A stretch of DNA of 64,000 nucleotides from Octopus sinensis (taxonomy: Eukaryota), in NCBI RefSeq assembly GCF_006345805.1, contig NC_042999.1, positions 149,978,001 through 150,042,000 of the forward strand, written 5' to 3'. Below the pieces are notes generated by a model, which made no database searches, was not told where the DNA came from, and saw only the letters and a program-made list of their open reading frames with translations. Positions 12,124-24,921 of the stretch are shown here, piece by piece. The translations under genes and the position numbers were made by a program. Position 1 is the stretch's first letter; each line of letters starts with the position of its first letter.

Positions 12124-13449
12124 TGTATGTATGTATGTATGTATGTATGTATGTATGTGATATGTATATATATATATTCTGGTTATTTTGACAGGATACA
12201 GGATATAATTAGGTAACGTGTGTGTGTGTAGGTATATTTATATATATCACTCAAAGCAAATAAGTGATGAAAGCAGTTTGTGACACTGTCCGTTAATGAA
12301 AATATTTCGAAAAAGGCCGTACCCCATAATGAAAGCGGGGGGCGAAAAAAAAAAATGAAAGATTGGATTTCTAGTTTCAGGGTTATATCCTCTACTTTGA
12401 AATGTCTTATATTTCTGTTTGCTTATATAAATATCAACATTACGACGATAATTATTATTATCACCGACGAAGAGAGCAGATGGCATACGACGAATTAATA
12501 AAAAAACATGAAAACGGAACGAGTTGGGACAAGACTTATATATATTAACTGTCGAACAGAATGCTGGGATTGGCATATATGAGGTCACATGATACATGTG
12601 ACTACCAACAACGTGTTTCACTATTACTTCAGTGCATTTGCTCGCAATTTTGCTTCGTCAATTGAATTAGCTTTTATTTTTGGCGGTTAGAAATTTTATA
12701 TTTCAGTTTTAATTTCATTAGTATCGCTTATTTATTTATTTATTTATTTATTTATAAATTTTTATTTATTTATAAATTTTTATTTATTTATAAAAAAATT
12801 TTATTTTAAATTAGAAAAAGTGTTGCTGAAGTAAAAATAATTTTTTAAAAAAAAGGCAAAAGCTTAGCATTCTATTTATAATGGTTATCAGAAATCCTAT
12901 TTGATGGGACATGGAGATAATTTTTAAAAAACTAATTGCTAATTAATGGATGGACATGAGGGAAAACATGAATAATGCAATAATTCTATTAAAGCTTTAC
13001 TTATATACACGAGAAGGGCAAAATGCCATCTTATTCTCTCCCCCACCCCTCCCTCCTCCCTCTCTCTGTTTATCGCCTTATCTCTCCCCTCTCTCTTTCT
13101 CTGTCTGTCTACCTCTGTCTGTCTTATATCTGTCTCTCTCTCCCTATCTCTTTATATAATGTTTGCTTTTATTATGACGCGTCATAACAAAAACAATCTA
13201 ACATTAAACTGAAGAATTAATACTTTTTGCAGAGTACATATTGTACTTTTACAAGAGGTTTGACGAGCCTGCTAACCTTCATCGACTGTTGCACGCACGC
13301 GCGCACGTGTATGTGTATGTGTGCGCACGCACACACAGAGCCCCCCCTCCCCACATACACATGTATTTATGTATGTATGTACTTCCTAAGCATATAACCA
13401 CGCCTGAGCTTATGTGCATGTTTATTAATTTTTACGAGAGATAATGTAG

Positions 13450-14710
13450 ACAGCGACTTTTACCAGGCTGGAGCTTTAGTTATTTAGCTTCTTGTGGAAA
13501 GGGGTGTGTTCCAATATTCAAGCGGTCGGTCTATTACCAGCACCTTTTTGCATGGCGGCTTAGGCATGCTGTGGCTGCTGATGCGTAGACACGCACTTAG
13601 TTGCTCCATCTGCAACGATTCCTAGAAAGTAAGTATTGTGGTTGTGGTGGTGGTGGGGGGGGGGGGCGTTCGTGAGACACATCATTCCGACGCTCGGCTT
13701 CTTGATGCGGCTGAAGTGCTAGGTGAATGAAAGATTGAGGTTGGATGCCTGGTACCTATAGTGTCGTCAGGTTCTCACAGCCCTCTACCAGTCGGATAAT
13801 GGGATCAGTGGGTGTTCCACTTTAGCTATATATTGAGGATTAGTGACGGGGGAGCGTGGCGGCATTCTCGAGGAGATTAGACGTCAATGAAAACGGACTA
13901 GACCCTTCTGGAGGACTCTCCGGACGGAGACTACCATGGATAATATCCAGAACTCCTTGGCCTAGCAGTACAATCGACGGGCGCTACCGACTTGAGATAA
14001 ACTCTAATGGTACGGATGAGTGGTCGGACGGGCTTGTCTGAGATGCACACAGAGCGACGAAACCATTCTGCACATACTCGTTCAGTGACCGAGCATTGCT
14101 GACTTGCGGAGTTTTGTCGAACAGCTGCTGTCGCGTGTCAGACGTATCCATCAACCGGCCATTTTTATGGTGAAGATTACCCTACCGTCCTCTTTTAACT
14201 GGGCTGGTAAACCGGTTTTCCTTTGTCTAGTGTACGAGGTTTAAAAATATGAGGACAAAGACATTCCTCTTTGGTAGAACCCTCATCTGCTTGAGAAAGA
14301 AAGTGATCGTGGAGGGGGGAGATGTTGTCCTCGAGTAAATTTATTGAAAGGTGAGTGAAAGTTACGAAAATGGCAGGAGTGGATGACACCGCTTTAAGTA
14401 TAGACCCGTGAGTCGGAAAACAGGATTTGGAAATGGTGCTTGCCTTGGTGATCAGGGAGATCATGAATAGCGTGGAATTCCTTGATTGTTCTTAGAGATC
14501 TTCCTGAATCAGGAGGACCACTTTGCTAGCCCCATTTTAAACTTTTTTTTCATTGTTGTATATTATGCCCACTTCCTTTCTTTTATTTAAACGCCCATTG
14601 TTTTTTTTCATTTACTTTTATGTAAATCTCCACACTTCATGTATGTCTTCATACTGTCTCCCTCATCTGTCGCCCTGGTGGTAAATAAAAGAAATCATCA
14701 TCACCATCGG
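13450..14710 (+). mobile_element. 5'-truncated Tx1/L1-clade LINE (ORF2 C-terminus plus 3' UTR), decayed
   Basis: Colinear with 15100-16270 and 63130-63440; CCHC-finger remnant (ETILHILVQ); ends aataaaagaaat followed by (CAT)n. Confidence 0.8.
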
Positions 14711-15093
14711 CAGACTCGTTAGCACGCCGGGCGAAATGCTTTGCGGTATTTCGTCTGCCTCTACGTTCTGAGTTCAAATTCCGCCGAGGTCAACTTTGCC
14801 TTTCATCCTTTCGGGGGTCAATTAAATAAATACCAGTTACGCACTGGGGTCGATGTAATCGACTTAATCCGTGTGTCTGTCCTTGTTTGTCCCCTCTGTG
14901 TTTAGCCCCTTGTGGGTAGTAAAGAAATAGGTATTTTGTCCGTCTTTACTTTCTGAGTTCAAATTCCACGGAGATCGATTTTGTCTTTCATCCTTTCGGG
15001 GTCGATAAATTAAGTACCAGTGAAACTCTGGGGTCGATGTAATCGACTAGTCCCCTCCCCACAAATGTGAGGCCTTGCGCCTCCAGTAGAAAT
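14709..15093 (+). mobile_element. SINE family A dimer (long-tail unit plus short-tail unit)
   Basis: GGCAGACTCGTTAG head, GAGTTCAAATTCC twice, junction AAAGAAATAGGTATTTTGTC. Confidence 0.9.
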
Positions 15094-15099
15094 GATTAT

Positions 15100-16270
15100 T
15101 GTTATTATTATGCGCTTAGATTACGCCACCTGCAAAGATTTCTGGATGGTGAGGGATCCGTTTGTGAGGCTCGTCTTTCCGCAGCTCGTCTCCTTGATAG
15201 GGCTGCAGTCCTGGATGAAGGAAAGACCGAGACTGGACGCCTGGTACCTAGAATGTCGTTAGGCGCTCACAACTCTCTACCAGTCGGGCAATGGGATCGG
15301 TGGATGTTTCGCTTTAGAAATCTATTGAGGATTAGTGGCGAGGGAGTGCGACGACGTTCTCAGGGAGACTCTGGGCGCCGACGAGAACGAACTGGCTAGT
15401 CTGTTCCGGAGGACTTTCAAGTCGGGAACTATCATGCATAATTTCCAGATGTCCTTGGCCTGGCAGTGCTACCGGGGGTGCTACCGGTTCGAGACAAGCT
15501 CTACAAGCACGGATGTGCTGTCAGACGGACTTGTCCGGGGTGCGCGTTGAGTGATGAAACCATTTTGCACGCCCTCGTTCAGTGTCCGGGCATTGCTGAC
15601 TTGTGGGGCTATATTGAACAGCTATTGTTACGTGTGGGACGGATCCGTCTGTCGGTCGAGCCTGTAGTGATGATTGCACCGCCACCCTCCTTCAGTCGGG
15701 CAGGCAAGGCAGTGTTCCTTTGCCTGGTGGCTGTGGCGAAAGAGGTTTGATGGACAAGGCTGAAAGACATGAGGATAGATACATTCCTCTTTGGTAGAGC
15801 TCTCATTGACTTTTTCCAGTTTCACTTGAAAAGGAAATTGAGAGTGGAGAGAGAAGTGCTGACCTCGAGTGAGTTTACTGAAAGGTGGGTGAAAGTTGCG
15901 AAAATGGCAAGGGTGGATGGTACCTCTCTAAGTGCAGACCTGTATGTCGGAGAGAAGGAATTGGAGAGGGTACTTGCTCAGAGGGTTTCAGGGAAAACTC
16001 GGACAGTGGGGTTCCTCGATCATCCCTAGAGACATTCTTGTATCAGGAGGGCCACATCTCTATCGCCCCCCCCCACACTTTATTTATTTTTTTTTTACCT
16101 TTGTATGCTATGCATATGTCTCTTCTTTTCTAGTGTATACCGTGTATACTTTTCTTTTTATCATTTCATTATTATATGTAAACTCCGCACACTTTATGTC
16201 TGTCTCTATATTGTCCCCCTCATCCTTTGGCCTTGTGGCAAATAAATGAAATCATAATCATCATCATCAT
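15100..16270 (+). mobile_element. 5'-truncated Tx1/L1-clade LINE (ORF2 C-terminus plus 3' UTR)
   Basis: LPVRDKLYKHG...TCPGCALSDETILHALVQC (C-terminal CCHC zinc finger of L1/Tx1 ORF2); 3' UTR ends aataaatgaaat followed by (CAT)n. Confidence 0.88.
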
Positions 16271-16289
16271 CATTATTATTATTATTATA

Positions 16290-16343
<54 letters not shown>

Positions 16344-16536
16344 TTGGTTTGACTCATATTCGGTCTTATTCCTTGTAGGAATTATCTGGATAGCAGGTTA
16401 CTACTTGTAACTTTAACTATCCACAAGTTTTCAGCAGTCTTAGAACCCTATTATTATTATTATTGTTGTTGTTGTTGTTGTTGTTGTTGTTATTGTCGTC
16501 GTTGTTGTAGTTGTTGTTGTTGTTGTTGTTGTTGTA

Positions 16537-16605
<69 letters not shown>

Positions 16606-16813
16606 ATTATTATTATTATTATTCTTATTACTTTTTTTTTTCTTCTTTCAAATTTGCTTCCATTTCTTGCCGAGTGTCTTCCCGACTCCTAGGGCAAAGA
16701 AACTCATAGTATACATGGTAGGCCATTAACCAAACTCAATAGTTCGTTCATTTAAAAAATTTTTTTTTTTAAGTTAAATTAAAATACATGAGCAGCAACA
16801 GTTCTCACATCGA

Positions 16814-16872
<59 letters not shown>

Positions 16873-17563
16873 ATTATTATTATTATCATTATTATTATTA
16901 TTATAAAAAGGCGACGAGCTGGCAGAAACGTTAGCACGCCGGACGAAATGCTTAGCGGTATTTCGTCTGCCGTTACGTTCTGAGTTCAAATTCCGCCGAG
17001 GTCGACTTTCCCTTGCTTCCTTTCGGAGTCGATTAAATAAGTACCAGTTACGCACTGGGGTCGATATAATCGACTTAATCCGTTTGTCTGTCCTTGTTTG
17101 TCCTCTCTGTGTTTAGCCCCTTGTGGGCAGTAAAGAAATAGGTATTTCGTCTGTTGAAATTACGCCGGGGTCGACTTTGCCATTCATCCTTTTCGGGTTG
17201 ATTAAATATGTACCAGTTACGCACTGGGGTCAATGTAATCGACTTAATCTCTTCTTCCAAATTTGAGGCCTTGTGATTCCAGTAGAAAGGATTATTATTA
17301 TTATTATTATTCTTTGTTTGACTTTTGCTTTATGTCTGTACAAGTTGGCTCCAAGTCTCACCCAAAGACCTCAAGAGACAACAGGTTGGAAGTTCTGTGC
17401 CATATATTTGGTTTTTTTTTTTTTTTTTTTTTTTGGTGTTGTACTAGTTTGGTTTGAGTTAGATTCGGTCTTGTTCCTTGTAGGAATTATGTGGATAGCG
17501 GGTTACTACTTGTAACCTTAGGTATCCACAAGTTTTCAGCAGTCTTTCAAGTGCTTAGAACCC

Positions 17564-17627
<64 letters not shown>

Positions 17628-18277
17628 TCAGTGGTTTTATTTTTTATAGCGTGCTTTCACTTCACTACCGAGCGCAGCTCTGTGTGCCGGGTATGTGCTG
17701 TATTATATTATTATATTATTGAGTGAGAGAAGCAGTTCATGCCATCAAAGTGACACTGGGTATGTAAATATACGAAGCCCAATATACCCATCATGACTAC
17801 CCGTCTGATAAAGGTACACCAGGCACATGCATCACAACCATATGTGCGCGACATGGTGATCTCATATCAAGATAAACAGCACATGACCTTGCAGGTGGGG
17901 GCCCAGTTAGAATTTTCTTCAGGTTGAGTAGCCCATCCCGCTCAAACGGTCCTGAATAAGGGTTGCTTAAGGATGTGAAAGAACCACCCATGTTTCCAGA
18001 GGTGAACTATTCAAACCCCAAAGAATCCCTCTCAACACATGGCTATGATGCTCCCCCACTACTTCTGCTCGTGATCAGAGATGACACATATCGTCAGCCA
18101 CTAAGGGACATGCTCAACTGGTTAAGGTCAAACAACTGACAAGCAAATCTGTGGTATTGAGCAGAATATTTGCTGTAGCCCATCTTTTATACCAAGACAA
18201 AACAATGTACATGATAACACTTCAATCAGTTAAGATCAGAAGCCATGAGAGCCACTGCCTGGTACTGCATCAGGGAC

Positions 18278-18336
<59 letters not shown>

Positions 18337-18430
18337 TCAGGAATACAAATATACGAAGCCCAGATACCCATCATGACCACCTGTCTGATAAAGGTACACC
18401 AGGCATATGCATCACAACCATATTATAATA
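16270..18430 (-). repeat. (TTA)n microsatellite array containing several short retroposon 3'-end insertions
   Basis: Non-repeat blocks at 16343-16449, 16631-16814, 17311-17410, 17448-17564, 17627-17701, 17720-18278 and 18335-18421. 16343-16449 matches 17448-17564, and 17767-17843 matches 18347-18423. Confidence 0.75.
16910..17291 (+). mobile_element. SINE family A dimer
   Basis: Full head, long tail, junction TAAAGAAATAGGTATTTCGTCTG, second truncated unit with short tail. Confidence 0.9.
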
Positions 18431-18569
18431 ATACTTAGTCGGAGAAGAGACTGCATTAACCATGAACTTACCAAGAGCTCCCCAGACTGGTGACATTGAT
18501 GAAATCGATCTATTTATTGATACCTGCAGAAAACACCTGACTAGTGAAAATATGCATATCAGTTCTCCC

Positions 18570-19030
18570 CTTCCTCCTTCACCTTCTCTGCTTCCCCCTC
18601 TTCTTCTTCTTCTTCTTCTTCTTCTTCTTCTTCTTCCTCCTCCTCCCTCCTCCTCCTCCCTCCCCCATCCTCCCCTTTCCCGCCCTCGTCTCTGTTCACT
18701 CCCTCCCCGTCTTCCTCATTCCTGTCCTCCCCTGCTCCCCCGTTCTCCTCATTCCCCTCCCCGTTCTCCTCCTCTTCCCCCTCTCCCCGTTCTCCTCCTC
18801 TTCCCCTCCCCGTTCTCCTCCTCTTCCCCCTCTCCTTCTCCCCCTCCCTCTCCTCGTTCTCTTCCTCCCTGTCTTCTTCCTCCTCATCCTCGTCCTTTCT
18901 CTCTTCCTCGTCCTTCCCCTCTTCCTCGTCTTCCCCTATTTCCCATCGTTCCTCCTCTTCCTTCTTCCCTTCGTTCTCTCTTTTCTCTTCTTCCTCCTCC
19001 TCCTTCCTCCTCCTTTTTCTCTTCCTCTTC
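18570..19030. repeat. Polypyrimidine (CT-rich) low-complexity tract
   Basis: (CTT)n, (CCT)n and CTCCCC-type units, with very few purines on the plus strand. Confidence 0.95.
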
Positions 19031-19084
19031 TAATACGCGTACGTTTCCAAACACGTGAATATTATCTCTCTATCTTTAGACTTT

Positions 19085-19225
19085 AATCTGTCCTTCAATT
19101 TAGCACCTTTATCTGGTTCTTCGATATCTTTAGAGGGATCCAGATGCCCCCTGTCTTCAAGGACTTTTCTCAAATTCCTTGAAAGTGTGCTGTCGTCTTT
19201 GTATTATTCTCCATCTAAGCCACGA
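19085..19225 (-). mobile_element. Small C-terminal fragment of an R4/Dong-like LINE
   Basis: Minus strand reads IQKTT...GILRKVLED across frameshifts, the typical R4-clade ORF ending. Confidence 0.45.
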
Positions 19226-19370
19226 GTTGTGTGTGTATGTGCGTGCGTGTATATATATATACACATATATAATACACACACACATATACGCACACATGCG
19301 TATACATGTGCATATATCTATGTGTGTCTGTGTGTGTACAATCACACACACACACACACACACACACATG

Positions 19371-19412
<42 letters not shown>

Positions 19413-19454
19413 TGCATTCATATTCGTTTCTTCTTTCATTTCTTATTCTTTTAC

Positions 19455-21500
19455 AAATTCCAGTCCCAGGTTTGTGGCCATGCTGCAGCACCACCGACAC
19501 GTCTGGCCCTGTGTCTGCAAGTACTTAACTTTCGGTGAATGAAGAAATTTAACACCACTAGCTTTAGTTGTGTTTCTTGCCGTAATTCCTGTGGAATTGC
19601 AGGTAGTTGATTACCCATGTGCTTCTTGAATACATCTACATTCACTCCATGTAGATTTCCTAGTTCCTTTACCAATATATTACAAAGATATGGGCTTTTG
19701 AACCCATGGTCGTGGTTCCTATTTTCTATGGAGATAGTGGGACCTTCGGGATTATACAAAGGCGACCAGATCAGGGATTCTTATAGCTTTCAAAGCGTGA
19801 ATCTTTCAAGTATCTTCTATATATAAATCACTACATATCTTTCTCGACTTCTCTCCAGAAAGTAAAGTGTTAACGCTTTTAACTTCTCCCAGTGGCATAG
19901 CTCTTGTATTGAGGTGATCTTCGTGAAGTATCGCCAATTTGTTTCCGTATTTCCTTTTAGTTTAATACTTTTTTGGCAGCTATAGTCGAGAACAGTGGTC
20001 CAGGTAGCTGAGGGCAAGGGTTCTCCACAAAAGCAACATGGTTTCCTACTCACTTATACTGAATGATCTCAGAATTCTTCCCGGCATCTTTTTTGAAAAT
20101 CGTTGCAACTTTAGTATTGTATGCATGAAAGATCCTTCATTACTCATATATATCCCAGGTTACGTAGAGAGCGACTCTGGAATTGCAGTCATTCCACGTC
20201 TTGTGTACCTTGGTTGTGAAGATTTTGTAAGCTGATAGCAAAGAGCTCTTACATATTCTTTTCTTCAGCCCACCGGTAGATAGCATTAAGGTTCTGTTGC
20301 AGATTTACAGCATCGCCAGAGTTCTCTATTGAATGGGATACTTTCGCATCATCAGCATAACTTGTGAGAATGGTTCTTTGCATACCTGAGTGTAACAGTT
20401 CTTTGTAGGATTCCACTCAAAATCGGTGTTTCCTTTGAGAGAGTGCCGTTGATTGTAACTCTCTGACTTAAAAAGTCATGCAACCACTCTCCTAATTTTC
20501 TCTGTAAACCGAGATCACGGAGCTTGTGACACATCATCCTATGGTACACTTTATTGAAGGTTTTCGCAAAGTCGAGTTACATGACGTCCAAGGTCGATTG
20601 ATTAAGTTACTGTTCCAGCAGCTGGTCATAGTGCAGCAGAAGCCGTGTAAGGTAGTTCTTTCCTGAGCAAAAGCCATGCAAAGTGTTTGTCAGCAAATTA
20701 TATTCTTCTGAAAGTGTGGTCATTTTCCTACGTTAAGTCAAAGAGAAAGGCTTGTAATTTTTAGCATCTGTTCTGCTTGCACTTTTATGACTAAGGCATG
20801 TTATAACAATGGAATTTTCCACTTGCCAAGAAACTTTGTAAAAGTGTCTGGAGTGGCTTAGCTAGAGGCTGTTTAAATATTTTTGGAGGATTGTAGGGAG
20901 TTCATCAGGGTTTGTTGCAGAATTTAAATTCATTTCATCAATGGCCGACATTACATCTTCCTCTTTTATGTTGATGTAATCGATGGCTGCCACTTTTTTA
21001 CACAGAGCTTTTGTACTAAAGAATTCATTTTCCTTACTTACCTGCATGTGGAGAGGTGAAACACTTTTCAATCACTCATTCAGTATTTCACTTATCCTTT
21101 GGGGAGCCGGATGTTTGCAAGTTGTCTCTTTAGAACAAAAGCACTATTTTGTGGCAAATTTGCAGAAAACTGGGGAGTTTGTCTTCATATTCATTATAGA
21201 CTTGGCTTCTTCATCTGATCTCTCCTTTCCATGAGAGTGTTTGATTTTGCTCTCTATTTCTTAGAGTGTTCTTATTAGGCAGAATTGTTCTTCGTCATGT
21301 GAGACGCCTTGGGACCTTGTTCTGTGTCTCATAAGAACTTTACTTTTTCTAGAAGTTATATGCTTGCATGTATATTGGTCTTTCCTTTTGGAATCTATTT
21401 AATTTATTTGACCTCTATTAGTGACATCAATTATTCACATTTTATATCTTTGTCTTCAACAGAGAGACTTTTTCGCAAGATCTCTCAGGGAAAGGATTTT
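19455..21500 (-). mobile_element. Old, degenerate CR1-group LINE related to 54069-57875
   Basis: [40 protein letters not shown] and NILVKELGNLHGVNVDVFK match the younger copy; related 3' end gtggccatgctgcagcaccacc at about 19470-19495. Confidence 0.85.
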
Positions 21501-22384
21501 ACACTTTTTGTCAATTCTAACAACGCGCTAATGCTTAGTAATAATATCAATGTAGTGTGTGTGTGTGTGTGTGTGTGTGGATATAGTTACGTTCATGTAC
21601 TGAACGCATATTTTTATTTATCTTATGAATATGTGTGATTACTTCTCACATATGTATGTATGATTTTATATATATGATATACATATATATATGATTTTAT
21701 CTCCAATGTCAACAACCGCTTTCCAGGAGCGGATTAAGGTGGTAAACTGATATCTTAAGGACAGCGCAAGAAATGTTTTCCTTCGACACTTCCAAGATAT
21801 TACCTCAATGCTTGTTTGACAAAAATCCAGATGCCACAACTATATTACGTATAGTCTGGTTTGACTTGTGGGGGTAAGGGTCGTAAATCACTTCCTAGTT
21901 TCGGCGCGGGGAGGTTGAAATTTGATATTGCTGTGATGAGTGGTCAGTCTACACCTATCTACCACTACAGGTTTATAGCTTTAAGTTTATAGTATGTGTG
22001 TGCGTACATATACTCACACACACACACATACATACATACATACATACATACATACATACATACATACATACATACATACATACATACACACATACATGCG
22101 TACGTGCGTACATACATACATACATGCATGCATACACACGTGCATACATACATACACACATACATACGTACATATATATAACAAACCAACTGTTACTTTC
22201 TCAGATGCAGCACGGATTTTTGTCAGTGAACAGGTCGCGGTCTTAAAGCGACGAAAATATTTTGACAAATTAAACTTAAATGTTGAAGTGAATCGAACGG
22301 CTTTTGCGTGTTTCTTAAATGGTTTACAAACACCTTCCACGCTGCAATTGTTATAATTTTTTGTTTTTTATTAAATTCTCCTCC

Positions 22385-22745
22385 AGTCTCTCCTTATGAT
22401 CATGAATGTGGGTAATGACCGAAAGAGCACGATTGCAAATACAAGCGACTGGAACGGAGTTTTCCGAAGGATCTCGACAGGGTGCGTAGCTCAGAGATCA
22501 AGGAATCTCTTCAGGTAGAGCCGTTTCTGCGTTGAGAGGTCGCAGCTCCGTTTCTATAGGCATGTGATTCGAATGTCGCAGATGGACTTTTCATGCCGAG
22601 TCAACCGGTAGAAGAGCTAAACCAAGAATGAAATGGTTGGATAATATCCATAACACTTGGGAATCCAACCAGAAAGTCTAATAACGGTTGCTTTTGAGAG
22701 GACCCTATGGAGGAGGTGCCTGAAGACTCTACCACTACCACGTTT
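22385..22745 (+). mobile_element. RTE-clade LINE 3' fragment, decayed
   Basis: Joined frames give LLYDHECWVMTERARLQIQAT...DRVRSSEIKESLQVEP...ERSQLRFYRHVIRM...GRRAKPRMKWLDNI...AFERTLWRR, the RTE C-terminal signature (LxYGxExW, QLRWxGHVxRM, RWxDxI, DRxxWR). Confidence 0.8.
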
Positions 22746-23013
22746 CCAGGAATAGTGGGCGGGAAATGGATGGATGGAAATTTATTCATTTTACTCTAGA
22801 AGTAGTAACAAATATACGAAGAAATTAATTTACTAGAGCAACAGAGTAAACAATACCAATCTACAACACGTTTACCATTAAAACAGCAGAACTACTTATA
22901 ATTTACCATTTGCATCACGATAAATCGACACAGGGGAAAAAAAGGACTCAAAAAAGTCTCTGTGATGCTTCATTTCCTTGGTTCTCCTAAGCATTTATTT
23001 AAATTGTTTAAAC

Positions 23014-23274
23014 CAGAGGTCCAACCATCTAACCACATAGAAAGAATCAATTGTTTAATTTCCTTTTAATTTTATTGACTACAGAGTGTTTATTCTTTTT
23101 GACAACATAGTGTTTTTGCATTTGTATTATATAATATATATGTATGATTTATGTAGTTATTAAATTATATATTATGCATTTTATTGTTTTGTTGTGCGTG
23201 TGATCCTCCGGGTGCGTGGAAAAATTGTTTTGCATGAAACAAGGACGTGGTACACAAAATGTTGGGTGCCGCTG
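23014..23274 (+). mobile_element. Non-autonomous hAT (Charlie/MER1-like) MITE
   Basis: Left end CAGAGGTCCAACC; right end GTGGAAAAATTG...GTTGGGTGCCGCTG; 8-bp TSD GTTTAAAC / GTTTAAAT. Confidence 0.75.
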
Positions 23275-24072
23275 GTTTAAATATTTTATTCATCCGGGCC
23301 TATTTCCTTTCTCTCCTCCACACAGGCAAATGTCCTTGACAGCTCTCCTCTTTGGCAGCTGTCACTCACTCCAACAACCGAGCAATATCTTTCTGCGCAT
23401 TCAAATATACATCGTCTGCACATTCAAATACACATCGTCTGCGCCACACATCATAACAGTCTGGATGAGCTAAAATAGAATCCCTATTTTGGTACAAAAT
23501 ATTTCATTTTTCTAAGGAGAACATAGGAAAAAATGTTAATGTAGTTAATGTAGATCATTTTTTTTTCAAGTATTATTCTAGTTAATGCAGATCCTGTTTA
23601 TTCAGGTATTAACAATCTGTTGATTTATATGAGATAGGTCACGTAGCTATTTTGTACAAATAAAAGGTTTATATTCCCACGACATAAAAGAAAAGGATAT
23701 ATATATATATTTTAAGAGTCTAATTTTAGAAAAGTTTCTATAAACAGCGCCTATCTTTGGGAAACTAGCTATTTATATATGTATTCGTGTGAATATTCGT
23801 GCTATTTATATAACTATTCGTGTGAATATGCATATGTGCGGCGCATATATTTGTGTAGGAGAGAGAAAGAGACAGGCAGACAGACAGACAGACAGCGTAT
23901 GTATGTGTATGAAGAAGAGAGAGAATGTACATATGTGCATATGTCTGCGTATGAGTGTGTGCATATGTGTTTTGTGTCTAATGTATGTGTGAGTGTGTAT
24001 TTACTAACACAGACGCAGACACAAGCCTACGCAACAATATCACGTACACACATGCACACACACACACACACA

Positions 24073-24131
<59 letters not shown>

Positions 24132-24202
24132 TACATTTACATTTCAAGGCTTCAATCTTCTCTACACATACCTCTAAATATCTGTTCATTTTAGATATCT
24201 AT

Positions 24203-24288
24203 CCCCCCCTTTTTCTCTCCCAAAAGAAAAGCTCTACTTTGTAATTTGTCCCCTGTGTGTTCAGCCCTGTGTGGCTAATAAAGAAACG

Positions 24289-24353
<65 letters not shown>

Positions 24354-24442
24354 GTCTGTCTGTCTGTTGTCTGTCTGTCTGTCTGCCTGCCTGTCTGTCT
24401 GTATGTCTGTCTGTCTGTATGTCTATCTATCTATCTACCTAC

Positions 24443-24481
<39 letters not shown>

Positions 24482-24573
24482 ACCCCCCCCCTTTTTTTTT
24501 CTCCCCCAAAAGAAAAGCTCTACGTTGTAATTTGTCCCCTCTGTGTTCAGCCTTGTGTGGCTAATAAAGAAAC
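24203..24573 (+). repeat. Two copies of an approximately 85-90 bp retroposon tail embedded in (TATC)n
   Basis: 24203-24287 and 24483-24573: caaaagaaaagctctac...ttgtcccct(c/g)tgtgttcagcc(c/t)tgtgtggctaataaagaaac, each followed by (TATC)n. Confidence 0.8.
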
Positions 24574-24574
24574 A

Positions 24575-24643
<69 letters not shown>

Positions 24644-24644
24644 G

Positions 24645-24705
<61 letters not shown>

Positions 24706-24814
24706 TTATCTATCTATCCTCTCCCTGTCTCCTCTCTCTTTCCTCATCTTGTCTTCTCTCTCTCTCTCTCCTCTGTCCTTTTTCTCTCCTCTCCTTCACC
24801 CTTTCCTCTTTCTT

Positions 24815-24849
<35 letters not shown>

Positions 24850-24921
24850 CTCTGATGTATATATATATATTATAAGATCATAGAGAGAACTATACTATAG
24901 TACATATATACATCTTCCATC

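Noticed and set aside
7443-12216. Many long ORFs rich in Y/I/H/T/M/C/V (also at 26629-27714, 53455-54173 and 57819-59672)
   Set aside because: They are translations of (TA)n, (TACA)n and (CA)n microsatellites, which lack stop codons in some frames; not proteins.
18215-18278. Faint resemblance to U2 snRNA segments (atcagttaagatc; cctggtactgca)
   Set aside because: Matches are short, spacing is inconsistent with U2, and the block is part of an interspersed repeat.
18462-19086. Proline/leucine/serine-rich ORFs resembling extensin or formin
   Set aside because: They lie entirely in a CT-rich low-complexity tract with no splice or domain evidence.
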